A DNA stretch of 64,000 bases from a virus. Taxonomy: Duplodnaviria > Heunggongvirae > Uroviricota > Caudoviricetes. Shown piece by piece: positions 35,595-46,700 of this stretch; within the stretch, counting starts at the first letter, position 1, and each line of letters begins with the position of its first letter. The notes beneath the pieces are model-generated. The model searched no databases and was not told where the DNA came from. It was given only the letters and a program-made list of their open reading frames with translations. The stretch spans positions 1 through 64,000 of IMG/VR virus record IMGVR_UViG_3300028888_001839; one strand, given 5' to 3'. Made by a program: the position numbers and the translations under genes.

Positions 35595-37271
35595 ATGAAG
35601 ATTCACGAGATAGACAATTCGCTGAACAACCTTGGCAAGACCGTCCTGTGGCAGTATGACCGGGCGGTTCGGCTATTGTCCGTGATGAAGCACATGCAGG
35701 TTCTCTACCACTGCGCCGTGGAGCAGTTCTGGCAGTTCTGGACTGAGAAGGTTCTGGCAATAGACACTTGCGGTGCATTGGGATGTTCCGTATGGGGAAT
35801 CTTCCTCGGAGTGCCGAGACCTACGGTGAAGGACGAAGACGGGAAAGACCGTCTCATTGTCACGTCAGTATACAGGCGAATCCTCAAGGGCGCTTTCTAT
35901 CTGATGAAGACCAGCAGTTCGTTCGGCGACATACTTGGGTATCTCGAAATCGTGTTCGGGGTTGGCGGAGAAGAGAACCTGTCAAAGTGGTCTGTGTACG
36001 TTAGCGAATACGGATGGACGACGAACATAGACGAACTTAACGACGTGTACAAGAGCGGAATCGCCTATGCCAAGGGCGACATATTCTCATATGACAGGCT
36101 AGGGGAGGGAATACTTCGCAACTGGAAATGCACAAGGGACATATCCAAGGCTGAGAACACATCGTTCGATGCGATAGCCGACTATGTTGTTTCCACCAAT
36201 GAGCCGACAAATGGAGTGGCAGATGACGAAACGCTCTTGCTAAAGCTCTACGACCCAGAGGGGATCTGCCGCAAGATCGGCGGAGCTCCGAACAACTCAC
36301 TTTCGATAACTGTCGAATATGAATTCGGTGAAACCACGATACGAGCGGTAGCGACCAGACGGCGGAAATGCGGAGTGACGCTCACCGACAACGAAGACTT
36401 GTCGATGGAATACGGCAAGTCTGCATACTATGATGAGATGCACAGAGACCAGAAACTGCTGTTCGAGCAGCGTCTCTCTGACTTCTGCCCCTTCCCTCTC
36501 GGAATCAAGAGCAACATTCCTGTCGGGAGGTGGGTTTTTGGGTTCAAAGGGCAGGACTTCATACGATATGAACCGAACAAGGCTTTCGAGAAAGGGCAGG
36601 TCTTCGGGCATGTCTTGACCGACTATAACTGCTGCAACTATGTGTGCCTAGAAGACATAACTGCAGAAGAAAACACGTCGTTTGAGGCGATAGAGGGGAA
36701 GGTGCAGAAGACATACGGCGGCGGCCCTCTCGTCCAGTCTTTTGGAGAGATGACGCCGCCTTACATGGACCTGCGGTCGCTCTATAGCAAGTATGCAATC
36801 AAGCCGATTTCAATGATAGCGGTCAACTCTCAAGGATGGTATTCTGTGATTCCGCCCAAGAACATGTTCCTAGGATTGGAGAATGGGCTAGTCAAGATAT
36901 TCAAGAACACGAGGGACATTTACTTATTTGTGAGTTGGTCTGGTGAAGATGACAATCCAATAGCTGACTTAACTGGCGGAACCAACGTGAACTATTATGG
37001 AGCGGACACCTCATCAATGGAAGCCCATCTCAAATCGTTCGCTAGGGTGGCGCGATTGAACAACTGTCAGGTAGTCCCGTATAGCCTTGCAATCACTCCG
37101 CAGCCAAACACCACCTACGGAACAGGCACGTCGATTCTGGTGAATGGAAAGTGGCGGACATTCAACATAACGTTCACCACGGGAAATGAAGTATCGTTGC
37201 AGGCAATCATAGAGGCATCTTCGCCGGAATCAAATGCGGGGATTCACCTCTGGTATCCATATAGCATCTAG
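35595..37271 (+). CDS. DUF2612-like baseplate protein with inserted repeated domains
   Basis: TVLWQYDRAVRL, AIDTCGALGCSVWGIFLGVPRP, PFPLGI. Confidence 0.75.
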   Translation: MKIHEIDNSLNNLGKTVLWQYDRAVRLLSVMKHMQVLYHCAVEQFWQFWTEKVLAIDTCGALGCSVWGIFLGVPRPTVKDEDGKDRLIVTSVYRRILKGAFYLMKTSSSFGDILGYLEIVFGVGGEENLSKWSVYVSEYGWTTNIDELNDVYKSGIAYAKGDIFSYDRLGEGILRNWKCTRDISKAENTSFDAIADYVVSTNEPTNGVADDETLLLKLYDPEGICRKIGGAPNNSLSITVEYEFGETTIRAVATRRRKCGVTLTDNEDLSMEYGKSAYYDEMHRDQKLLFEQRLSDFCPFPLGIKSNIPVGRWVFGFKGQDFIRYEPNKAFEKGQVFGHVLTDYNCCNYVCLEDITAEENTSFEAIEGKVQKTYGGGPLVQSFGEMTPPYMDLRSLYSKYAIKPISMIAVNSQGWYSVIPPKNMFLGLENGLVKIFKNTRDIYLFVSWSGEDDNPIADLTGGTNVNYYGADTSSMEAHLKSFARVARLNNCQVVPYSLAITPQPNTTYGTGTSILVNGKWRTFNITFTTGNEVSLQAIIEASSPESNAGIHLWYPYSI

Positions 37272-37279
37272 GAGAACAC

Positions 37280-38089
37280 ATGACAAGTTTCGACAATGTT
37301 CCTCTCGTACTTACGCCGTTCGCGGACAGCGATGCCTCCAAGGACTTTTCGTTCTTCGAGTCAGGGATAACTCGCCAGATGACGGTTCCTGCGGAAAACG
37401 GAGGGGCTAGGTTCACCAGACACCAGATGAATGGCATAGGGTATCTCGCTACGCTCGGAGCATTTCTCGATAGGGTAGGTTATCCGTATGGTAGGGAACG
37501 GCTAGACCCATCGTCGTTTGGCGGATACCCCAAGGGCGCAATCCTAATGACGCAGGAAAACAATCGTGTCCGTGAATACATCAGTCTGGTAGACAACAAC
37601 ACACACCCCCTCCCGACGGAAGATGAGGACGGAACCTATGTAGGAAACGAGTGGTGGGCTCCCACGATACCCACGGATTCCGTATCATTCTATCCGAGCT
37701 TTGCGAATCCTAAATATGTGACGGGAGCAACGATCGGTCCTATCGGGTATAATGGGAGTACATATACCGACTTAACCGTTTCCGAAACTGGCTGGTACTG
37801 CATAGAGAGAGTATTTCGGCTAGCTGATGGTTCCCAGTTTAAGACCATTCTTAACCTAGCGGATATGCGTCTTTCGCTGCAGATGAACGGAGACGGTCTG
37901 TCAAATGGTTGGTTTGTTGTCGCCGAACCTCTCGACGGTCTGTTAGGAGAAAAGGCAAGTTGCATCATTCCTCTGTCCGCAGGAGCATTGTTGCGCTTTG
38001 TATTTTCCAGCATGTATTTCACAGTGCCAGACACGAAGGTATACTGCGACGTGTCAATTAGCAAACTTCAGGCAATGGAACTTCAGTAA
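37280..38089 (+). CDS. tail fibre-like protein
   Basis: TMxPxxxGG-like TVPAENGG, QMNGIGY, GGYPKGA, YISLVDNN. Confidence 0.7.
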   Translation: MTSFDNVPLVLTPFADSDASKDFSFFESGITRQMTVPAENGGARFTRHQMNGIGYLATLGAFLDRVGYPYGRERLDPSSFGGYPKGAILMTQENNRVREYISLVDNNTHPLPTEDEDGTYVGNEWWAPTIPTDSVSFYPSFANPKYVTGATIGPIGYNGSTYTDLTVSETGWYCIERVFRLADGSQFKTILNLADMRLSLQMNGDGLSNGWFVVAEPLDGLLGEKASCIIPLSAGALLRFVFSSMYFTVPDTKVYCDVSISKLQAMELQ

Positions 38090-39294
38090 TGACCCTAGAA
38101 CAGGCAGATAAGATTGCGGACATAATCCTTTCCGCCCCGAAGGTGTTCGATTCTCTTCCGATGCAGTTCCCAAATGCATCGGGCATCACGAGCGAGTCCG
38201 CAGCCTATGGGGAAGGTAACATAGACAATTCGGCTTGGCTCAAAGGACTTACTTATCTTAGTCAGATTGGGCAACTATCTGGCAATGGAGTTTATGCCTG
38301 CAAGAATGGATTCCAGATAGGATATGAGAGACCAATAAAAGACGGAGATGTAACACCGTTAAGTGTCTTACACATGCCCTACGGACGATATGCGACACTC
38401 GACGATATCAAGATGATGGCATATGTCGGCATAGAGAATTATAGGGCGAAAGCGATGGGGCATCGCTGGCGCTTCAACGAGAAGGGCGTCAATACCGTAA
38501 ACGACACCTATGCCTACCATAGGGGGAGCATCGTAAGGCAGGAGGACGGGAAGCGCTGGATAAAGTGCAGGGAAGGGAACGTGACTCCTATTCCAGGAGT
38601 TACAATAGACGGATGGGTAGGAAGGAAGGGCGGCACTCATTCATCGGTAGACCCTCTGCTATGGTCTGCTTTCACGAGAAGACCAGCATATAGGAAACCG
38701 ACGGCTGTGAACATTCCGTTGCTAGATGGAGTTTCGTTTCCGTTCGAGAAGGTAACTAGGTTTGTCAAAGCCGCAACGATAGAAGGGCATAACGACTTGG
38801 TCCAGTTAAGAGACGTATGGGACTATGCCGATATGACCGGCAAGACTTCGGAAGCCATTTATACGAACGGAAATAGAATCCTCAACTATGAGGGCAGGTT
38901 AGTTGTTCGTATCTCAGAAGTAGACGAACTCGAGAAAGAAGCTACACAGGAAGAGATAGAGGCGAACAGCATGGTATGGGTTACGAGCCAAGCGATTCCT
39001 ATCTATGTTGATTACTATCTTTCAACCGCCGACAATAGGATAGACGAGCATAAGTCCCTTACCCCTACGTATGCTTCTAGCTATTCTACTTATGTTCACA
39101 AAGGAAGTGTGACAAGGTGGACTAGAGTGTTCCGCTCGAACTTCATTCCTCTGGCAGAGGGGCGGACATACTATGTCTACATTGAGAGGGAAGATAGCCG
39201 AGCGTCCACCTATAATGGCATGGAACGAACAATGACTGGCGGGAATCTGGTTGCATTGAGAATCCCTACGGACACAATTGCTCCTAACTTCTAG
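38089..39294 (+). CDS. tail fibre-like protein (distant paralogue of the preceding gene)
   Basis: YHRGSIVRQEDGKRWIKCREGNVTPIP resembles YPKGAILMTQENNRVREYISLVDNNTHPLP; start overlaps the previous stop. Confidence 0.55.
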   Translation: MTLEQADKIADIILSAPKVFDSLPMQFPNASGITSESAAYGEGNIDNSAWLKGLTYLSQIGQLSGNGVYACKNGFQIGYERPIKDGDVTPLSVLHMPYGRYATLDDIKMMAYVGIENYRAKAMGHRWRFNEKGVNTVNDTYAYHRGSIVRQEDGKRWIKCREGNVTPIPGVTIDGWVGRKGGTHSSVDPLLWSAFTRRPAYRKPTAVNIPLLDGVSFPFEKVTRFVKAATIEGHNDLVQLRDVWDYADMTGKTSEAIYTNGNRILNYEGRLVVRISEVDELEKEATQEEIEANSMVWVTSQAIPIYVDYYLSTADNRIDEHKSLTPTYASSYSTYVHKGSVTRWTRVFRSNFIPLAEGRTYYVYIEREDSRASTYNGMERTMTGGNLVALRIPTDTIAPNF

Positions 39295-39430
39295 CCTATT
39301 TTTGACATACTCCCAATGCTGAAGCCGTTGGGATTCTTGGTTCAGACGGTTCATGCCACCAACTCCTCTATGGAGTTTCTGGTCTTACTAGAACCTCGCC
39401 AATTGGCAGATGTCCCTGCCGTAAGAATGT
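39285..39430 (-). ncRNA. TnpB reRNA; guide begins AAATAGGCTAGAAG after TCAA
   Basis: Established position of reRNAs (tnpB 3' end, right-end hairpin, flank). Limits approximate. Confidence 0.55.
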
Positions 39431-40514
39431 TCATCGCCGCATTCACGTCGCGGTCATGCCTTGCTCCGCAATTTGGACACACCCACTCGCGGACTCGAAG
39501 GTTCTTTGTGTCGGGATTCTTGCACCCGCACTTGTGGCACGTCTGGCTACTAGCAAGCCACCTGTCTACCTTGCGGACTTCCTTCCCGTTCTTCTCCGCA
39601 AGATACTCCAGCTTGGCTACAAAGTCAGCAAAGCCGTAGTCCGACACCTTCCGCCCCCAGAGCCTCTTCATTCCGTCCAGGTTCAAGTCCTCTATACAGA
39701 TTACATCAAACTCCTTGACGATTGAACGGGCAACCTTCCATTGCCAGTCGTTCCTAAGATCCTCTATGCGGCGGTAGAGCCGTGCCACGGCAAGCCTAGC
39801 CTTATGACGTTTGTGGCTTCCCTTCACCTTCCTCGTCAGCCTCTTTTGTGCCTTTGCCAGTTCCTTCATGCTCCTCTTAAAGAACAGGGGCATCTCTATC
39901 GTGATTCCGTCGTGTCTCGTCAGAAACGTCTTAAGCCCAAAGTCGAACCCCGCAGCCTTACCCGTCATGGGTATCTCTTGGACGTCGTTCCAGTCCGTCA
40001 GCATGATGAACCAGATGTCTCCGCACCTGTCCCTCTTTATCGTCAGTCTCTTTACCTTTCCTTTTATCTCCTGTGACTTGTGAAAGCCGTATATCCGACC
40101 TTGAAGTACAACATGGTTCCCGTCTATCTTGTACCCCGCCTGTAGAAGAGTGTAGGACTTGTTGTGGCTTGCCTTGCGGCACTTAGGAGGTCTTACTCTG
40201 TCGGTTGTCTTACCAGACTTCTTCCTCTTACAGTAGGAGAAGAAGTTCCGTAGACCCTTGTACACCCGCCCTATGCACTCCTGAACTGCCTGTGACGGCA
40301 GCCCCTCCACCATTCTTGCAGTGCGGCAGGCAACCTTCTTCTTCTTCGCTATGTGGTTGGACAGTTCAAATGCAGACAGGGGCTTCCTGTAGCACTTGTA
40401 GTATCCTTCCATCATTTTCACGGCATAATTCCGCACAAGCCCAAAGCGGGTGATGAGACGGTCTTGCGCTCCGTCTTTCGCCCTGTCATATGCCTTGAAC
40501 TTGTAGACCTTCAT
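39351..40514 (-). CDS. tnpB: TnpB RNA-guided nuclease
   Basis: AGFDFGLKT, ICIEDLN, ASSQTCHKCG...CPNCG, HDRDVNAAMNI. ATG 40514 preferred; GTG 40619 possible. Confidence 0.93.
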   Translation of the reverse strand: MKVYKFKAYDRAKDGAQDRLITRFGLVRNYAVKMMEGYYKCYRKPLSAFELSNHIAKKKKVACRTARMVEGLPSQAVQECIGRVYKGLRNFFSYCKRKKSGKTTDRVRPPKCRKASHNKSYTLLQAGYKIDGNHVVLQGRIYGFHKSQEIKGKVKRLTIKRDRCGDIWFIMLTDWNDVQEIPMTGKAAGFDFGLKTFLTRHDGITIEMPLFFKRSMKELAKAQKRLTRKVKGSHKRHKARLAVARLYRRIEDLRNDWQWKVARSIVKEFDVICIEDLNLDGMKRLWGRKVSDYGFADFVAKLEYLAEKNGKEVRKVDRWLASSQTCHKCGCKNPDTKNLRVREWVCPNCGARHDRDVNAAMNILTAGTSANWRGSSKTRNSIEELVA

Positions 40515-40645
40515 AGGCAAATCAAAAAGCCTCCATGTGGAAGGTGGAAAATTGGCTTTCGGCCAAGACTTCCGCACAAAGGCTAAATCTGTTAATCGTG
40601 TATCGCATAGGTTTTCCACTTCCTACGGAAACCAGAACGGTTCAT

Positions 40646-40674
40646 ATTATGCCAAAAAGTATGCTCCACGTCAA
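40646..40674 (-). promoter_or_regulatory. sigma70-type promoter for tnpB
   Basis: Minus strand TTGACG-N17-CATAAT. Confidence 0.6.
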
Positions 40675-40731
40675 CTGCCTTAGTTCGCTTTCTCCCCAAT
40701 CCTAAAGGGATTGGGTTCTCTCGTTCAATCT

Positions 40732-40747
40732 TTTATATTTCGGCATT
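40732..40747 (+). promoter_or_regulatory. candidate late promoter TTT-N7-GGCAWT
   Basis: TTT atatttc GGCATT, 7 nt before ATG 40755; no Shine-Dalgarno. Confidence 0.55.
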
Positions 40748-40754
40748 TAGTAAC

Positions 40755-43700
40755 ATGAAAACCCTAGGAAGAAATGCCGATAACGACCTCTATCTCGAAG
40801 CCGGAGGTCTTGCAATCCTGCACGATGCCGATGCCCAGTGTGCGGTTATCGAGGCGATTCTGCAGACGCAGCAGGGCGAACTCCAGTTCGATCCCGACAG
40901 GGGAATAGACTACTTCGGCACAGTCCTTCAAAACCCAACGTACATAGACTTCTGGGCGGCACAGGTTCAGTCTCGTATCGAGGACTTGGATTTTGTAGCT
41001 TCGGTTGACGATTTCACATATCGTTTCGACAACCAGACGAGTACCCTCTACTGGTCCATGACCGTGACTAACACGGACGAGGACAGGCTTGACCTTAGAG
41101 ACAAGAAGACAGTCATAGACGGCTCTCCCGGAACGGATATTTCGTGGAACGACATTTACGACAAGCCGACAGGCGTGCAGCAGGCGCTAGACATGGTAGA
41201 AGCCATGCACGAGGAAGCTGTCGACACGAGGGAGATGCTTACCCCCTCCTCCACTCTCAGGGACACGAAAGGGCTGCTGAATCGGATTATCTTCGACCCG
41301 AACAACGAAGAGTATTCCAAGACAAGGCAGGTTACGTTCACGTTCTCCGGCATTCCTCTCGGCACCGTGATAGACGTGAGCAACATCAGGCTGGACATTC
41401 TAAACACGGGTTCGGGAGAGGCTTACTATGCTCCGTTCATCGTGGAAATAGACGATGGCCTGAAACTTCGCGCCGACCAGACTATCACGATGGCCGCAAC
41501 GGGGAATGAGGTTATCTTTCTTGACACGGACACGGGGCAGGACGAAGAGGGGCATGCCTACACGACCCAGAAGCACACCTTGCTGAAAGGTGGCACCGTC
41601 ACCCTCACTATCAAGGGGAACATCACCAGAATCTGGAGCGCCGACGAATCCAAGCCAATCTTCCTCAATTCCAAGGGCGAGCCTTTCGCATACCTTTCAG
41701 GCTTCTCGGTTGGCGAGAGGGTTCCGCTTTCTGCGATAGGAAATGGCACGTTCGGGAACTTCGGGAACCTGCAGAAGGTCGTGTGGAATGAGGGCAACGA
41801 GAGTTCAATCACGTTTGGAGACTATGCCTTTGCGGGATGCTCTTCGCTGATGGAAATCGCATGGCTTCCGAAGAAAACCACTTCTCTCGGAATCGGATGC
41901 TTCCAGAACTGCAAGAGCCTATTGAGCCTCAAAGGTCTCGAAAGCACCCAGATAGAACAGATTCCAGACGACTGCTTCTATGGATGCACGCAGTTGAAGA
42001 ACTGCGGCAACCTTCCAGAAAGAATAACCAGTATCGGTTCCCATGTGTTCAAGGGATGCACCTCCTTCAAGAACATAGACGAACTTCCGCAAACGATCGA
42101 ATCACTTGGTGAGGAGTGTTTCTGCGGATGCATCGGAATCACGGCCATACTATATCCGCCTGAATCATTGAAGACAATCGGGAAGCGGTGCTTTGCCGAC
42201 TGCTCCTCTCTCGAATCGCTCTACCTCTCCGCAAGCACTACCGAAATAGGCGAAGGGGCTTATGCGGGATGCGCGATGCTCACGAACATCATGAGCGATG
42301 CGGATGCCGTTCCAACACTCGATGCTACGGCCTTCGACGGGGAGACTCCAATCGTCTATGTCCCTGCTTCGCTTCTCTCCGCCTACCAGAGCGATTCCGT
42401 CTGGGGCGCAATGACGGTGAAGAAGTATGGCGTCTATGAATTCGCCTTGGAGGATATGCAGGCGGGGACAACCCTTCTTGGCACTACGAGCAACCTCATC
42501 TCGGATTCCGTCTGGACAATCTCGTTTGGTATCGGAGACAAGCAGCAGCGGTTCATACCTTCGGTAGATGCGCTGCCGTCCTTCACCTACAAGGATGTCG
42601 TGGCCAATGCGACGATAACGATAAAGGGCTATGTCCGAAGGATAGCCGCAGCCTCTTCCGAATCATATCCGTTCTTGGCTACAACGGCGGCTTCTGCATT
42701 CACCAACTTGAAGTCCGTGACTGTGACCGATTCTCCTTTGGAGATGATTGGCGACTATGCTTTTGCTCAGTGCGTCAATCTCGCCAGCATTGAATGCGGC
42801 TTGGAAGAGGAGCGCGACTATTGCATAGGCGAAAGGGCTTTCTGGGGATGTTCCGCTCTGACAAGCACGGCTTGGCTAAAGGCTGGTCTCGGTAGGCTCG
42901 TGAAGGAACATACGACAACCTATGAGCAGTTGGACGACGGAACGATTGTCCCGATAGAGACTATCGTTCTCTTCCCCGCTTTTGGTGAAAGGTGCTTCTG
43001 GCAGTCTGGAATCACGGCGCTGGAGTACGATGCGACAGACGTGAAGGAACTCCCATCATACTGCTTTGCGGAGACGAAGATTTCCTCCATTAGCGGACTT
43101 GGAACAGTGGTACTCGAATCCATCGGAGACCACTGCTTCTACAAATGCTCCTACCTTACCGACATTACGGCATTGCCCTACACGGGAATAGCCACGCTGC
43201 CAGACTATTGCTTTGCGGAGTGCAATAGTCTCACTTCCATAGAGGGCATTGAGAGCCTTGTATCGGAAGGGATGGGGAGCCATGTCTTTGAGAACTGCGC
43301 TATAGAGAACATTCTCCCGATAGCGAATGCATCAGAGATTACCGCTATCGCCCCTTACATGTTCGCTGGCTGCTCGTTGTCAAGCCTTGAAGGGTTGACT
43401 GACAAGATAACGGAACTCGGAGAAGGATGCTTTAGCCGCAACTCTCTGCTAAAAGACGTTTCTGCGATTCTTGAAGCTCCTTCCGTAACGGAGATTCCTG
43501 CCAAGTGCTTCCAAGCAAGCGGACTTCTGGCGCTCATCGGATGTTGGAACATAACCTCTATCGGTGCTTATGCCTTTGCCGACTGCACAAGTCTCATATC
43601 CACTTCCGGGCTAGGCCCGGACATAGCAAACATCGGAGACTATGCTTTTCAGAACTGCACTGGGCTAAAGCAGGTTTCGTGCATTGCCTCGAACGTCCCG

Positions 43701-46700
43701 ACGATTTCATCTTCCGCATTTAGCGGTGCTCCCGCACCTGGCATTCCTCTCTACGTGAAAGAGGACATGGTAGGCAACTTCTCTTCCGCCGCCACTTGGA
43801 ATAGCTTCGGAGCGATTGCTTCGAGAACCATAAAAGTCCACCTACAGAACATAGGCGGAACCGAACCGGGCGACGTCAACATAGATACCGCAGCAGTTGT
43901 CAATACCGGCGTCAAGGTTTCCATAGACCCTTCTGCTGAGCACTATCTTGGAGTGTGGTATGCAGACTATGGTGACGGCACGGAATTTGAGCATTTCTAT
44001 TCTAGCGATTCCTCTGTCCATGATGCGCTTGCCGAACATACCTACGACGAGAGAGGAAACTACACGATAACCCTCTTCGGCGACATCATCGAGGTATGGG
44101 GAGACCATACGGACAACATAGTGAATGGAGACTATGTTGCCAGTCCACCAAAAGATATGGATGTACCTCCATTCCTCGGAGGACTATCTAGTACCGCATC
44201 TTTGATTTCAATCAATTCCGAATACCTAAAGAAGATAGGCGACTTCTGCTTCTTCAACTATGGGCAGGCACCTATTCCGGGGAATGACAATGCGCTATCT
44301 GTCTCTGTAACAATGGATGGCGCTGGTACAGTTGGCGCATATGCCTTTGCGAAGAAAGACGATGCTTATGGGCCGATGGGAACGCTCGGCGCTTTCAATG
44401 CAGTTACTGTTGGTAACTATGCTTTCTATAAGGGGGGACTAAATTCTTCTACTCCTTTCAGCACTGTCAAAACGGCAGGGAAAGCGGCATTTGCAAAAAA
44501 TCCACTGCTAACAGAATTGGCGGGGTTTTCATCTCTTACAAAGGTGACGGAAAGCCTTTTTGAGGGATGCACAGGACTAATAACCACCTCTGGATTGTCT
44601 GCTGTAACAGAAATTCAAGATTATGGATTTAAGGATTGTACGGGACTCACGTCAGTAAAGGACTTTAGTGCTTCGTTCACCAGGATCGGGGCTGGAGCTT
44701 TCAATAACTGCCCTAACATAACAAGAATCTTCATGGCTAACGTCAATCCTCCATATTTGGCCCAGGATGGATTTGATGGCATAGGAAACGAATTTCTCCC
44801 GAAAGCGCTTGTTTATGTCCCCGCTGGGCGAGAGAGTGCATACCAAGAGCAAGAATACTGGTACAAGTTCCAGACTGAATCAGAAGGAACAATTCAATGG
44901 AGGATTACTTCTCGGGCTATCACTTTTGTCTTGCAGAATGTAACCAAAGCGCTAAAGATACCCGCAAATAGTTTCATTGTCTCGGCAACAGGCAATTGGA
45001 CTCTTGATTTCGGTGAAGGTGAAGACAAGCGGCAATATACGGCCGGGACTAATGAGATAGATACATATAGCTTTAACTCCGCTAGCGCTAGAAAAGAAGT
45101 TAAGATTAGCGGCCCCGTAACCTCTATAAGATGCACATCTTCCGCATATCCGATCTTTGGGAAAGATGTAGGAGGTAAATTACTTACCAGTGTGAGCATA
45201 TCGGAAGCGATGGACATAACGGAGATAGGCAATTACCTTTTCCGAGAATGCAAAGCCCTTGAATCCGTCAATAATGCCGACACGATAGTTTCTGTTGGTG
45301 AATATGCCTTTGCGGATGCCCAAAAGCTCTGGGACATTACCGGCCTCTCAAACATCTCTTCAATCGAACGATATGCATTCTCTGGGTGCTCTTCCCTAAC
45401 CAATCTCTATGGACTTAATCGCGTCACTACCATAGGTGAGCGAGCTTTCAACGGATGCTCTTCATTGAAGAAGATTGACGGGCTTGGCACTGGTGTGACG
45501 AGCATAGGAGACTATGCATTTGCGAGTTGTCCTCTGCAAGAGGTGCAGATGTTCGCGGAAGAGCCGCCTACGATGCCGACAACGGCTTTCAGCGGACTGT
45601 CTTCGGAAGTACCCCTCTATGTCCGCACGAAGTGCCTGACGGCTTACAAGGAATCCTCCTCGTGGGGTTCCGTGTTCGGAGACATAAGAAGCCGATTCGT
45701 GGAGTTCACCTTAACCGCATGTCCGTCCAATCTCACTGTGAAGGGGAACATCGGCAAGGTGAAGTCCGACACGTTCTGGGTTGTGGATTGGGATGCCTAT
45801 GATTCGGACGGAGTGCCTAGCGAAGACGGAGCGGAGGAGCAATACCTCCCTGCGCATACTTACACTCTTTCTGGCACTCACACTCTTAGGCTGGAAGGTG
45901 ATATTAAAGGCATAAATGCCCCTAAGCCAGAAGTTGTATTGGGGGAACACGATATCCCTACCGCCATAACAGGCAATTCGTTTCTAACACTGATTCCTGA
46001 TGGTGAGAGCGACCCGCTAATAGGAGATGAGCACCTTCTTACTCGTGTCTTTCGTTCAGAATATTCAGCCCTTTCAGAGGTTGGAGATGCCGCATTCCTC
46101 AACAATGGGAATCTTACGACCGCAAGTCTTGCCGGTATAATTTCGATAGGGGAAGCAGCATTTGCTCTAGACAAAGGACTTACCAACCTTACTTTGCTAG
46201 ACACAGTAGGAGTTATTGACAAATATGCTTTCTTCGGCTGCGAGGGGCTTACTAGCATAACTGGGCTAAACGGCAACAAGTCTAAAGTTACCATAGCCGA
46301 ATTTGCATTTGGTGGCATTTCTGGACTCACCTATGTGCAGGTGGGAATTCGGGAGCCAAGTGATGCAGTAATCACACAAACCTCATTTGGCTACTATGAG
46401 CCGATTACAGAAGCAAAAAACATTTCGGTATATGTACCCCTTGGGAAGGAAGGCGAATATGAGGGGACTATCTGGGGAATGTTTGCGATTTCGTCGCAGG
46501 TTATTATTTTCACGTTGGCAAATGTGCCGTCTGGCACTACAATACTCGGTATCTCCAATACCAACACAACTGGAACGGCGAGAATTGAATCAGAGTCACG
46601 ATGGTCCATTGATTGGGATGATGGCACTCAAAACAACATGGAGGTGGACGATACATCATTCCCCTCGCATACATATCTCTACGATGAGACTGATTTAATT

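Larger units (their letters stand above)
39302..40723 (-). mobile_element. complete non-autonomous IS200/IS605 (IS1341-like, tnpB-only) element
   Basis: Minus-strand right end GAATCCCAACGGCTTCAGCATTGGGAGTATGTCAA; left-end hairpin CCCAATCCCTTTAGGATTGGG preceded by TTGAA (candidate TAM). Left boundary uncertain by a few nt. Confidence 0.8.

Noticed and set aside
22998-39294. Interpretation as a tailocin, eCIS or T6SS
   Set aside because: Capsid, protease and head-tail adaptor genes are present, so this is a phage.
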